From the NCBI RefSeq assembly GCF_030028105.1, contig NC_092382.1, forward strand, positions 99,278,699 through 99,342,698: a DNA stretch of 64,000 nt, in the 5' to 3' direction. The position numbers and the translations under genes were made by a program. The stretch is from Mobula birostris (lineage: Eukaryota). Below are positions 1 through 11,140 of this stretch, in pieces. The notes below the pieces were generated by a model. The model had not been told where the DNA came from. It saw only the letters and a list, made by a program, of their open reading frames with translations, and made no database searches. The stretch's first letter is position 1, and each line of letters starts with the position of its first letter.

Positions 1-179
1 GGATCATAATCTGCGAAATATATCGCGGAACGCTCCTGGAGCTGCGATTAATATTTTCTGGGCGTATCAATATCTTGTTGAAAATTATGAATGGCTGACG
101 TTGGACTCACGTATCTTTTATGCGCTGCAAACATTCAGACTGGTTTACTACCCTGTACTCGCCATTGTAGCTCTTCCTG
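1..179 (+). CDS. GPR139/GPR142-like GPCR copy 1, coding exon 1 (ATG lies 2 nt before window start)
   Basis: Frame from nt 2 reads (M)DHNLRNISRNAPGAAINIFWAYQYLVENYEWLTLDSRIFYALQTFRLVYYPVLAIVALP. Phase-1 donor CCTG|GTAAGT at 179/180. Homologous to exon 1 of copies 2 and 3, which start CAATG-GAT. Confidence 0.85.
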
Positions 180-379
180 GTAAGTGTCTCGTCTCTTCCT
201 CATGATTTACGTTGAAAAATATAAGTCAGCTTATCTTTCATACCTGTCTTCTTACGACTCGCTAATTGAAAGGCAGGTCTTTCCAACTGGTATAGTTTCA
301 GCAAACATCGGCTGAGTGTATTTGATAAGATATACCATGCAAGGCTTATGGTGAAAGTAATCAGGAATGTGATCCAAGG

Positions 380-2240
380 GCATATTGCTTTGTATATACA
401 GAAATGGCTTGCCCACAGAAGGCAAAGCGTTGTTGCAGACAGTCATATTCTGCATTGAGGGCGTTGACCAGGGGTATGCCTCAGAGATTTATTCTGGAAA
501 CCGTACTCTTCGTCATTTTTATAAATGACCTGGGGAAAGAAGTGCAGCGATGGGTCAGTAAATTTGCTCAACACCCAAAATTGTGGTGTTTTGGACAGTG
601 TTGATGGGATGGAAAACTGCTGTAAGAAGAGGCAGATGGAGTTCAACACAGATAAGTGTGAGGCCATTCATTCTGGCAGATTAAATATGATGGAAGTATG
701 TGGTATGAACGGAATTAAATGAACGAATAAGTAGCTCCAACGTCTCACCAGTTAAACAAGCAAAAATTCACGCAGGCATCATCACTGCCGTGATCACTCG
801 CCGACACGAAGAATGCAGAGGAAACTGACGGCATGCAGTAGGATATTAGTATATTCAGCGAATGTACCAGCGTCTGGCCGTGGAGTGAAAATTTGGTAAC
901 TGTGAGGTTATCCACTTGGGGAAGGCAAATGTAAGAACAGAATATTAATGAAGTGGTGAACGATTGCGGTATGCTGCTCTGCGGAGGGACTTTGGAGTGC
1001 ATGTGCTTGAATCACAGAAGGTTAGTTTGCAGGTCCAGCGGGCTATCAAAAATACAAATACCATGTTTATGGAGGTTATGTGACAACTGCACAAGGTACT
1101 GGTGAGGCGGCATTTGGAGTACTCTGCTGTTCCGGTCTCCCGACTTGAAGATGGATAAACTGGCTGTGCAGGCGGATCTCCCGTTGATTCCAGAGATGAG
1201 GTGGTTGGACTATGAATGGAAATTGAGTCGACTGGAATCGTACTAGCTGAAACTCAGAAGAATGAGAGGAAATATTCTAGAAACATATAAAATTATGGAA
1301 TGCATAGATAAGATAGTGGCAGGAAAGTTGTTTCCAGTGGTAAGTGAGACTGGAACTACGGGACATAGCCTGAGGATTCTGTGGAGTAAATTTAGGACTG
1401 TGATTAGGAGGGAACTTCTTCTCTCGGAGGGGGGTGAATCTGTGGAATTCTCTGCTCAGTGAAGCAGTGGAGGCTACCTCAATAAATATATTTAAGACTG
1501 GCTGGCATAATTTTGGCATAGTAGTTGAATTAATAGTCATGAGGAAAAGGTAGGTATGCGGCGATGAGTCCATGGTCAGATCAGCCATGATCTTCTTCAT
1601 TGTCAAATCATGCCTAATCGAAAAGATGGACTGTTCCTGCTCCAATTATTAATGTTCTTATGTTCTCGTTTTCTCTCGTGTATGCAATTAAAAGTAGTTG
1701 AATTTCGGTCACCTTGATATCTAGTACATTAATTAGTTCATTATTCTCTCAACAATTCCCGTTTGCAACTCGTTCTTCTGTCGCCAAAGATCAGAATACA
1801 TTCCAGCCATCGGTTGCTATGACTGTTTTGCCCACAAGACTCGGGAGCTAAATTCGGTTATTCGAGCACCGAGTCTTCCCCGCCATTCGACCGTAACTGA
1901 TTCATTATCGCTCTCAACCACATTCTGACGCCCAGTCCCGTAGACATCGTCGACCTGTTGAATCAAGAGCCCATCTTTCTCCTCGACCAATGGTTCCAAT
2001 GACATGCGTCCCACAGCCGTCTGCGGCGATGAATTGCAAACAGTCACCTGTCTCCGTCTGAAGGACTTACGACCCATCTCCGTTTTAAAGGGATGTCTTT
2101 CTATTGTGAAGTCACGTATTCAGATTGTCGACTCCCCCACGGCAGAAGCAACCCTCTCCACGTCCACGATATCTAAGCCATTCAATATTCGATAGGTTTC
2201 AATGAGGTACTCCTCATTCTCCTGAACTTCAGCATGTACA
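380..2240. mobile_element. Old CR1 fragments (both orientations) forming most of the GPCR copy 1 intron
   Basis: PQRFILETVLFVIFINDL and CR1 3'-end motifs. The same mosaic recurs in the introns of copy 2 (about 31680-34030) and copy 3 (about 50140-52000). Confidence 0.75.
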
Positions 2241-2405
2241 TTATAATCACTACCGATTTAATAACTGCTCCCGATAATCTCCTCAGCAGATACATTAATT
2301 CCATGTTCCTCTCTGCTCTCGGAAGTGCCATAGATTAAAATAATTGTTTTCAGAGAATGCTTCCATCCAAATGTGTGTTAATGGTCTTTATTTCCCTCCG
2401 CACAG

Positions 2406-3331
2406 TGAACGTGGTGACAATCGTCATCCTGTCTCGGGGAAAGTGCGGTCTCTCCAAAGGCGTCACAAGGTACCTGGTTGCCATGGTAGCAGCGGATCAG
2501 CTCGTCGTTCTCTCGGATGTGGTATTGAACAAGATTCCGATGACTTACATGCCAATGAAGGTTTTCTACTGGTCAGCTCGTGTTCTCGTGTGTAATATCC
2601 ACGCCGTCGTGTTGTACGGCGTCACGGACTGTTCTGTCTGGTTCACCGTCACTTTCACCTTTGATCGATTTGTCGCCATTTGTTTTCAGAACCTGAAACG
2701 AAAATACTGCACCGGGAGATCGGCGGCTCTGGTTCTGGGGACAGTGACTGTGCTGAGCTGCGTAAAGAACATATTCTGGTACTTTATGCTCAATCGGTTC
2801 TATTCGATAAACATTACGACCGTGTTGTGTATGACTTTTAACCGTTTATTTTCCCCAATGCAGCTGGCAATATTTCTACTGTTTCATTTCCTCCTCACCC
2901 CAATATTACCCTTTGTTCTGATTCTCCTGTTGAACAGTTTAACTATCAGGCACGTCCTAGTGGCCAGGCGAGCCCGGAGGAGACTCCGTGGTTCGCGCGA
3001 TGGCGAGACGCCCGTCGACCCCGAGATGAAGAACCGCAGGCAATCCCTCCAGTTACTGCTGGTGATGTCGGGGAATTTCATCCTGCTATGGGCGCTGTTG
3101 ACAGTGTATTCCGTATGGGAGAGCTTCTATCTTTATTTATACTCGATTCCCCCGGATTGTCTGCTGGAACTGGGCTACATGCTGCAGCTCCTGAGCTGCT
3201 GCACCAACACGGCCCTTTACGCCGTGGTCCAGGCCAGGTTCAGGGTGCAGCTGAAGGAGACGGTGAAATCGCCCTTCTGTCTCATGGCAAAGTGCATTCG
3301 GCGTTGTCAGGGCCACATTAATCCTCAGTGA
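2406..3331 (+). CDS. GPR139/GPR142-like GPCR copy 1, coding exon 2 (end of TM1 to C-terminus); spliced protein about 368 aa
   Basis: Acceptor TTTCCCTCCGCACAG|TG at 2405/2406, in frame with exon 1. Motifs NVVTIVILSRGKCGLSKGVTRYLVAM, TM2 AAD, TM3 Cys plus FDRF (DRY-like), ECL2 Cys, TM7 SCCTNTALY. Open to TGA at 3331. Confidence 0.92.
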
Positions 3332-4254
3332 GCTTTCTCGAATACCTCCTCAAAATATATCATTTCTTAACTGGCATGTCCTGTTCCACAAGGAGTCTGA
3401 ACGGCCGTGGTTTTCTTTTACCCTTCACACCTTGATGGACTAAAAATATCGACGAGGTGTCCGCAATCTGCTTTCAACAGAGCGACTTCCAGTTTACTTT
3501 CTTCACCAGATCCCTGTAATGTCTTTCTGAGTTCCACCAAGTGGGTGATTCTACCATTCTTGGAGATCACAATCGCAATACGACGTTGTTCCCTGCTGGT
3601 CCCATGCGGCCCTAATGAGGCCCTAATGTCCCCAGAATAGCTCCATCTCTTTCCTCTGACGAGGGCCCATTGGTTCAAAGAGTCCCTGCGATTTCTTGTT
3701 TCAGGCAGGTAACTTCCCAAAAACTGACTGAGGTCTCCGCTCGCACCTTTAATCTTTGAAGATATGCCTGCCAGCTCGAAAATAATTCACTACCACGCAC
3801 ACGTAAAAGCACTCATTCAATCGCCGTTTATTCTTCCGAAGTAACAATTGTCATCACGGTGCCTTCTGGGAAATAAAGGAACGCTCGGACACTTTGTGCC
3901 GTGGTGATCGTATCTGTCGAATCGGATTGAGTATATTGGGAATGTGGGGAGCGTGATTGCTGAGAAAAGGTCGCCGGGTGTCTATTTATATATTGAGATT
4001 CAGCACCAAATGTGAAATACTGTCAGAAGTATTGCTCTCGCACAAACACCTTCGATCGGTATGGATGCATCAGAGTTTCTCCCCCCCCCCCCACCCCACC
4101 CCCGCTGTTGTTCAGGAATAGTGGCTGGCATTGAAGTATTCCACCTGAGATACTGATTGGAACGTAACCTCTCCGAAACGTTGACCGACATTTTTTTTTT
4201 CCGATCCCTCGGAGTTTGTCCTTTTCTCTTTCTCTGTTTAATCTTCCGGCGTTC

Positions 4255-4380
4255 TGCTGATTTCCCGCCGTTGTCTGTTACGGCGTGGGTTTCCTCGCGG
4301 CGTTCTGGTTTCCTCATACAGTCCAAATACTCATGCTTATATGCTGATAGCTTAATGAGTGTTTGAAAATTGACCCATGG
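4255..4380 (+). mobile_element. V-SINE/HE1-like SINE fragment
   Basis: CGTGGGTTTCCTCGCGGCGTTCTGGTTTCCTCATACAGTCCAAA resembles the V-SINE core. Confidence 0.55.
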
Positions 4381-5289
4381 TTAAGGCCACTGGAAACGTG
4401 AAACATTCTGGGAACAGACTGGAAGTAAGACACTTGAGAAGGACCCTTTCCGGGAGGGGGACCCGTAAGACCGAGCTGCAGAGGATAGCATGGATTCAAA
4501 TATGTTCTGAACATCGAGGACAGAAGGCAGTGGTGGAGGGCAGAGATACTGCACGTGACAAGTGCTGGAGATTATCTGACGTTTGACTTGGAAGAAAATA
4601 GGGATTATTCATAAATGTGCTTGGACACGACACACAACGTGATGGAGTTGTGCCTGTTGACGGAGATTCGTGAAAGTCCAGATGTGTGGGAAAGGTGGCC
4701 AGTGAAATGACAGTTTTGTCATACTGCCGCCAGCAGGTGGCAGACAGTAATGCAGATATTACAACGTTGTAACCCAGGAATCGCAGTTTAATCACAACGC
4801 ATAAAGAACAATTCATAGGCACTAGTCGATAGTGAGTTGTTCCGGTGTTTAGTATATAAACAACCAAAAATCGGATGTATAAAAATGGGCTGACTAATAA
4901 TCTTGCAGATGACACCAGATTCATTGATTTAGGAACCTGCACAAAGTTACGGGGTATTTGCAGGTGGTAATTTCAAATAAGCATTAACGGGCAAGATCTT
5001 TAAACAGAGAGTGCATGCGATTGACTTCCTTGTGTGGTGGTAGGGGTCAAGGATTAGTGGCCTTGAAGGGAAGATGAGACAGACATGTGCCTATGAGGAA
5101 AATGGAAGGTTACGCACGTTATGCAAGTAGAAAAGATTAGTTTCCCATTTTGTTGGATCAGCCCATAACTGAATGATCAAAATTTTGCGAAAAACCGTAA
5201 TGGCCTGTGAAACTTTGACAAACCTCTTTCCATGCACTGTGGAGAGGACCATGACTGGTTACGTCACACCCTGTTGTCGATAAACCAGT

Positions 5290-5460
5290 GCACGGGAACA
5301 GAAGCTCCTCGGGCCCGGTCCACCTCAGGAGCAGCTTCCCCACCACTGAGCACATCTTCAAACTGAAGGACGCAGCATCGATCATCAAGGACCTCCACCA
5401 TCCAGGACATGCGCTCTTCTCGCTGCTGCCATCGGGAATGAGGGAAGGCAGCCGTATTTC
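5290..5460 (+). mobile_element. Rex1/Babar-like LINE 3' fragment
   Basis: AASIIKDLHHPGHALFSLLPSG motif; similar pieces at about 23380-23570 and 36320-36470. Confidence 0.55.
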
Positions 5461-6730
5461 CCACATACCGGCTCACGAACATTTGTTAGACTGCAACCAT
5501 GGGGCTCATGTATCAGCCTGGATCACCTCACTGACCTCAAATCTGAAATGATTCCACATGCTGAGGACTCGCTTTCAAGGAATCTGCAACACGTTCTCGG
5601 TGCTAATTTATTTATTTATTCATCAACCTTCTCCATATCTATCCATTCATTCATTCTTTATTCATTAATTTATTTATGTCTTCATTGCTCAGTTTGTCAT
5701 CTATTGCACATTGGTTATTTGCATACCCTCAGATATTTCATATTTCCTCAGTGTTTCAGTTGCATTTCTCAGTTGTACTCTGCATGCCAGCAAAAATTAA
5801 CCTCAACGTAGTATTAGATGACGTAACATAGTTTGATAATAAAATGACTTTTACTTTGAAATGACCATATGTTGATTTACCCGACTGACAGAGAGCTGAA
5901 GAGTTTGGGATTCTCCTTTGACCCTGTTGATGGAGCGAGCATTGGTGTAACACCGGGAAAGAACACAGCACAACGGGAAGATCAGTGCTCGAAGTAACCC
6001 GTGGCCGCGTGTTCCATCGTGAGAGGAATACACTGGCTCGGCGGCAGGAAACTAGAGTCTAGTAGACTGTTCTCGTCAATAGTCCTGCCAGCAAGTAATT
6101 TGCGGAAGGGTTTCAGTAAGTCCTAAATGTAAAGGAGTCAGGAAAAAGTAAGACAACAGTAGAAAAGGGACAGGCCTATAAAATATTTAGATAGTCCATA
6201 AAAACATGACACATAAGAGCAGAAATAGGCCATTGGGCTGTCGAGTCTGCTCCGCCATTCTATCATGTCTGAGATGGAACCCACTCAACCACATAATCCT
6301 TCCTTCACGCTATATTCTTTGATAGCCTGAACGATCAGGGAGCGATCGGTATCCGTCCTAACTATCGGCAGGGTTTTGGACTGCGCAGCAGTATTTTCTG
6401 AAGGGTCGCTCCTCATTAGTGAGGTTTTATCCTCTAGTGCTGTATACCCCACCATAGGAAACATTCTCTCCACATCCACCCTATCCAGTCCTTCCAACAT
6501 CCTGTAGGCTTCAATGAGATCCTCCTGTATTCGGATAAATTTCAGTGCTTTCAGCCCTAAAATCACCAAACGACCCTCACACGCTAAACCTCTCATTCCC
6601 GAATCCTCCTCTGGACTCTCTCCAATGACAGCACATCCTTTCTTAGATATGGACCAAGATTATTTTAAAATATTCAAAGTACGGCCTGACTATTGACTTA
6701 CAAAGGCTCTTCATTATCTGTTTGCTTTCG

Positions 6731-6864
6731 NNNNNNNNNNNNNNNNNNNNNNNNNNNNNNNNNNNNNNNNNNNNNNNNNNNNNNNNNNNNNNNNNNNNNN
6801 NNNNNNNNNNNNNNNNNNNNNNNNNNNNNNNNNNNNNNNNNNNNNNNNNNNNNNNNNNNNNNNN
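6731..6864. other. Assembly gap (134 N)
   Basis: Run of N. Confidence 1.
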
Positions 6865-7099
6865 TGTGGAGCAATGAAACACACTTTAGCAGCTCAACGT
6901 TTTGCAGCATGACAAAGAATATATCCATAAAATAAACTCTAAAACCTCAGGAGTGCGTCCAAAATTAAGAATATATGGATGGGGGGGTGGGGTGGGGTTA
7001 GGACTATTGCACACCTGCCATTCCTGGAAGTGTGATGTATTTAGCTGCCGCCGTCTTAGGAGGAAATAAATGCCAACATTCCATTTGCCTTCTTCACCA

Positions 7100-8130
7100 C
7101 AGACTTAATCATAAATTAATGTGATTCTTGCACGAGGACTGCAAAGTCTCCCTGTACCACTGATCTTTGAACCTGCTTCCTGTTCAGGTAATAGTCCACA
7201 CAGTTATATAGTTTAAGAAAGTGCGGTATGTTCATTTCCCAACATTGTTTTCTGGCTGCCATTCTTGACCTTTCTTCCAAACTGCCCACGTCCTGTTGCA
7301 ATCGCATTGCTTCATCAGCACTACCTACCATTCCATTCATTTTCGCATCATCTGCAAACTATGCGACAAAGTATAAACTCCATTATCGAAATCATCGATT
7401 AACAATGTGAAAAGCCACCTGTCGAATTCATACCCTTGAAGAACACCACTCGTCAGTAGCCGTCAACCGGAAAAGGCCCCTTTTTTCCCCACTCGCTGCC
7501 TCCTGCCTCTCAGCCATTCTTCTGTCCATGCCAGTATCTTTCCTGTAACACCATAGGATTTTATTTTGGGTGACACCTTATCAAATGGTTTCTGAAAATC
7601 CAAGTAAAATCCAATGCGTCTCCTCTGTCCGCCCTGTTTGTAACTTTCGTAACGAAATATTTCAGATTTCCACTCAGACAAACCATGCTAACTTTGACTT
7701 ATTTTATCATCACTCTCCAAGTACCTCGCAATCTCATTCTGAATAATAGACTCCAACTAACTGTCCTAAACTTTCCATTCTTTTGCTTCGTCACTTCGTA
7801 GAGAGTGTAGTAACGTTAATAAATTTCAGTCTTGCGGGACATGGCAGAATCAAGTGATTCTTGAAAGAATATGACCAGTATATCCATTATATCTTCTGCA
7901 ACCTCTCTCATCCTCTGGGTGTAGTCCATCTGGGCTAGTTAACATTTTCACCGTAAGCCCTTAGTGTTCCAGAGCACTTTTTCATTTGTAATAACAATGT
8001 CACTCACTGCTCGTCGCATACCCTGCCTGGACTCTGGCACACTGACAGTGCCTTCCACAGCAAACACATACGCAAAGAGCCCGTTAAGTCATTTCTCAAA
8101 TTTCTCAACCCCCGTTGTTACCTCTAGTCG
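7100..8130 (-). mobile_element. CR1 RT fragments
   Basis: YLDFQKPFDKVS and RRQRVGKKGAFSG remnants. Confidence 0.7.
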
Positions 8131-8330
8131 TAAATAAGGAACAATAGTTTCCATTTCTTCCTTTCCCTTTGGCCCCGAGGCTGGATAAGAAAAAATATGT
8201 GGATTTAGACGGACCAAATTATAAATAATTCGATGGGGTGCATTTTAGGAACAGTGCCTATAATCGCAGATGCGTTACTTTTATTAATTATCGCTGCTGG
8301 GGCTAAGTCCACACCTCAGTGCTGGATATT
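7780..8330 (+). repeat. Segmental duplication block X, paralogous to 38860-38941 plus 44945-45540
   Basis: Shared CTACCTCTAGTCGT..TAAGGAACAATA and CTAAGTCCACACCT; the second copy is split by the nested LTR insertions. Confidence 0.8.
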
Positions 8331-8339
8331 TCACATACT

Positions 8340-11140
8340 TCACTGATATTTCTCAGTGGTAGAAAGTAGAAACTGCGTCAAACTTTGGCGCCTTCCATAA
8401 GTACCGGGGGGAAGATGCCATCACGTGACACAACATCACCCCAGGGTTATGAGACATTTACGTCAGCCCACTGTTCCATGGTCATACTGTGGGCATGTAA
8501 CACCTCTCCCCAAAAAGGGAAAACTTTGGTATATCATGAGCAAAATTTTAACAGCTATTTACAAAAAAATATACAAATGCATGCAGTCAACAACATACAT
8601 AAGATGCATACAATTATAATACAACATCTTACAAACTGATATACAGTTACAAATCTTAAAATTCCACTCAAAAACACCATTGTAAATTCAACATCGGGAC
8701 AGACAGTCGGCAATCACATTATCTTTGCCTTTAATATGAGTTATCAAAATATTATACTCCTGCAACATCAAACACCAATTCAGTAACCTTCTATGTTTTG
8801 TTTCTCATCTGACTCATAAATACTCATGGACGATGATTGTAAGCTCTGAGTAGTTTCAGAGTTCCACCAACATACATTTGAAAATGTTGTAAAGCCAAAG
8901 CAAGAGATAGTATTTCCTTTTCTATGGTTGGGTAATTTTTTGATTGTCATGAAATGTCTTAGAAAAGTAAGCTACCGGACGATCGACTTCATCACCGTCA
9001 TCCCTTTGGAGTAACACGGCTCCTGCAGCCTCATCACTGGCACTCACAGCTAATGAAAATGTTTTTTCAAAGTCAGTTGATCTGAGCACAGGTTCATGAC
9101 ATCGCATAGTTTTGAATTTATTAAAGGCCTCCTGAAAAAGCACTATCTACCCAAACTTTTCAACTTTCTTCAAGGGGTTAGTTCATGGAAGGGCAATGTC
9201 AGCAAAATTCTCACAAAATTTTCCGTAATATCCCACCATTCCCAAGATTCTTCTGACAGCCTTTTTACCAGTTGGAGGGGGTACCTCTAAAACTGCCTGA
9301 ATAGGATCTAATCTACCATGACACACAGCATAACCAAGGTCGGTCACAGTGACATGACCAAATTCACCTTTAGCTAAGTTAATAGTTAGGTTAGCAATTG
9401 AAAGCCTTTCAAATAGTTGCTCCACTGCAGTAATATGTGCTTCCCAAGTACCATTTCCTGTAACAAAATCATCAATATAGGCATCTGTGTCTTTTAATCC
9501 ATAAACCACAGAATTAATCATTCTCTGAAAAGTTCCTGGTGCATTATTCATTCCTAACGCCAGGACATTATATTCTTATAACCCACATGGTGTTGCAAAT
9601 GCAGACATTTCTCTACCTCTATCCGTTAGTGGAACAAACCAATAGCCTTTTAACAAATCAATCTTTGTAAGGAACTTTGTTTTTCCAACTTTTTCCACAC
9701 AATGATCTACCGCAGGGACTGGAAACGCATCTGGTTTTTGTTGCAGCATTCACATTCCTGTACTGAGTAGAAAACCAAAGACCACGTACCATAACAAAAG
9801 ATGAACTCCAATTGGATATAGAAGGTCTAATAATATTATTTTCTGAAATATACTTAATTTCTTGTTCAGACAGTACGCATTTTTCCATGTTCATCCGATA
9901 TGGATGTGGCTTTATGAGTATGGCATCTCCAGCATCTACATCATGTGAAGCTACTGTGTTTCTTTTAGGAACATCTGGAAATAAATCCCTATACTGAAAA
10001 CGTAACTGCCATAGTTGCCGCATCTGCTCTGGTTGTAAATGAGCCAATTTCTTATCAATGGTTTCCAGAATATCGAGTTTAGTAAACTGGCAGAAATAAT
10101 ATTGGATTGAAATGAGACTCAGATGGGTCCAATAAGTTCTCAGAGGGATAAGACTCATTATTATTGACCACAACAGGCATATTAGCGGACTGTTTCACTT
10201 AATATGGTTTTTACATATTTCGATGACAATGCTGCGTTCGCCTCTTCCATCTGGTGTTTTGACCACATAATCTACATCATTAACCGTAGACAGCATCTCA
10301 TAAGGACCAGGAAATTTAGCTTGTAATGGGTTCGTTTGCACCGCGAAGAGTACCAACACCTCATTACAAGGCTTAAGTGACCTCATTCTGGCTTCCTTGT
10401 CCGACCAAGTTTTCATTTTTTTTCCGAGCAGATTTTATTTTTTTCTCTTGCTGAGTCACAAGCTTTTTGTAATCTTTCCTTAAATTTTGAAGCATAATCC
10501 GGGAAATTAATATGCACTTCTTTGTTAATCCACTGTTTCTTTCAGAATGCCAAAGGTCCTTGAACTCAGTGACCAAACAACAGTTCAAAAGGACTAACAG
10601 ATAGGGATTCCTGCACTGACTCCCCGACTGCAAACAAAAGTAAATGAACGCCCTCATCCAAATCCTTCTCATTTTTAACTCAAAACGTCCGAGTCATGGT
10701 TTTCAGAGTAGAATGGAACGTCTCCAAGGCCCCCTATGATTCGGGATGATAACGCAGACGATGTAATCTGTTTGGCTACAAGATTATAATCTATCTGCTG
10801 AAACAATCCAGGCATAGAGTTACTACCTTGATCATATTGGATCTTCTTTGGCAATCCAAGATAAGTAAAGTATAAGTATTCGAGCATTTATTACAGTTTT
10901 ACACGTTATAAGAGGTATTGCCTCTGGAAACCTAAATGCGGTCCACATGATAGTCTGCAAATATTGGAGGCAAGCTTTAGTGTTTTACAATGGGTCGACA
11001 CAATCTACAATAATTTTGGAGAACAGTTCACCAAATGCGGGAATAGATTACAAAGGAGCTACTGGAGTGACTTGATTAGGTTTACCCACAACCTGACAAG
11101 CCGGACGAGTTAGATAAAATGACGCCACATCTTTTCTTAA
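8340..11140 (-). mobile_element. Decayed Gmr1-type Gypsy pol (integrase, RT, RNaseH) with polypurine tract and partial 3' LTR
   Basis: Integrase (KDVASF..CQVVGKPNQ, IQYDQGS, GPYEM) precedes RT (HPYRM, GTFQRMIN, YIDD) and RNaseH (ASDEAAGAVLLQ, VAYFSK, IADCLSR). Polypurine tract GGGGAGAGG is followed by TGTTACA at 8502. Many stops and frameshifts; cut at 11140 by a CR1. Confidence 0.88.

Noticed and set aside
2357-2405. Upstream in-frame ATG giving single-exon GPCR ORFs (also 52057-52165)
   Set aside because: This extension is intronic polypyrimidine sequence and is not open in copy 2. The conserved donor, acceptor and exon 1 supplying TM1 explain all three copies.
2401-2407. Perfect RSS heptamer CACAGTG at each GPCR exon 2 acceptor (also 34181-34187 and 52161-52167)
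   Set aside because: It arises from the CAG acceptor plus the first exon bases. There is no nonamer-like sequence at 12- or 23-nt spacing, so it is at most a cryptic heptamer.
6980-7002. G-rich tract with G-quadruplex potential (and C-run at about 4079-4104)
   Set aside because: Simple low-complexity sequence with no positional or conservation support.
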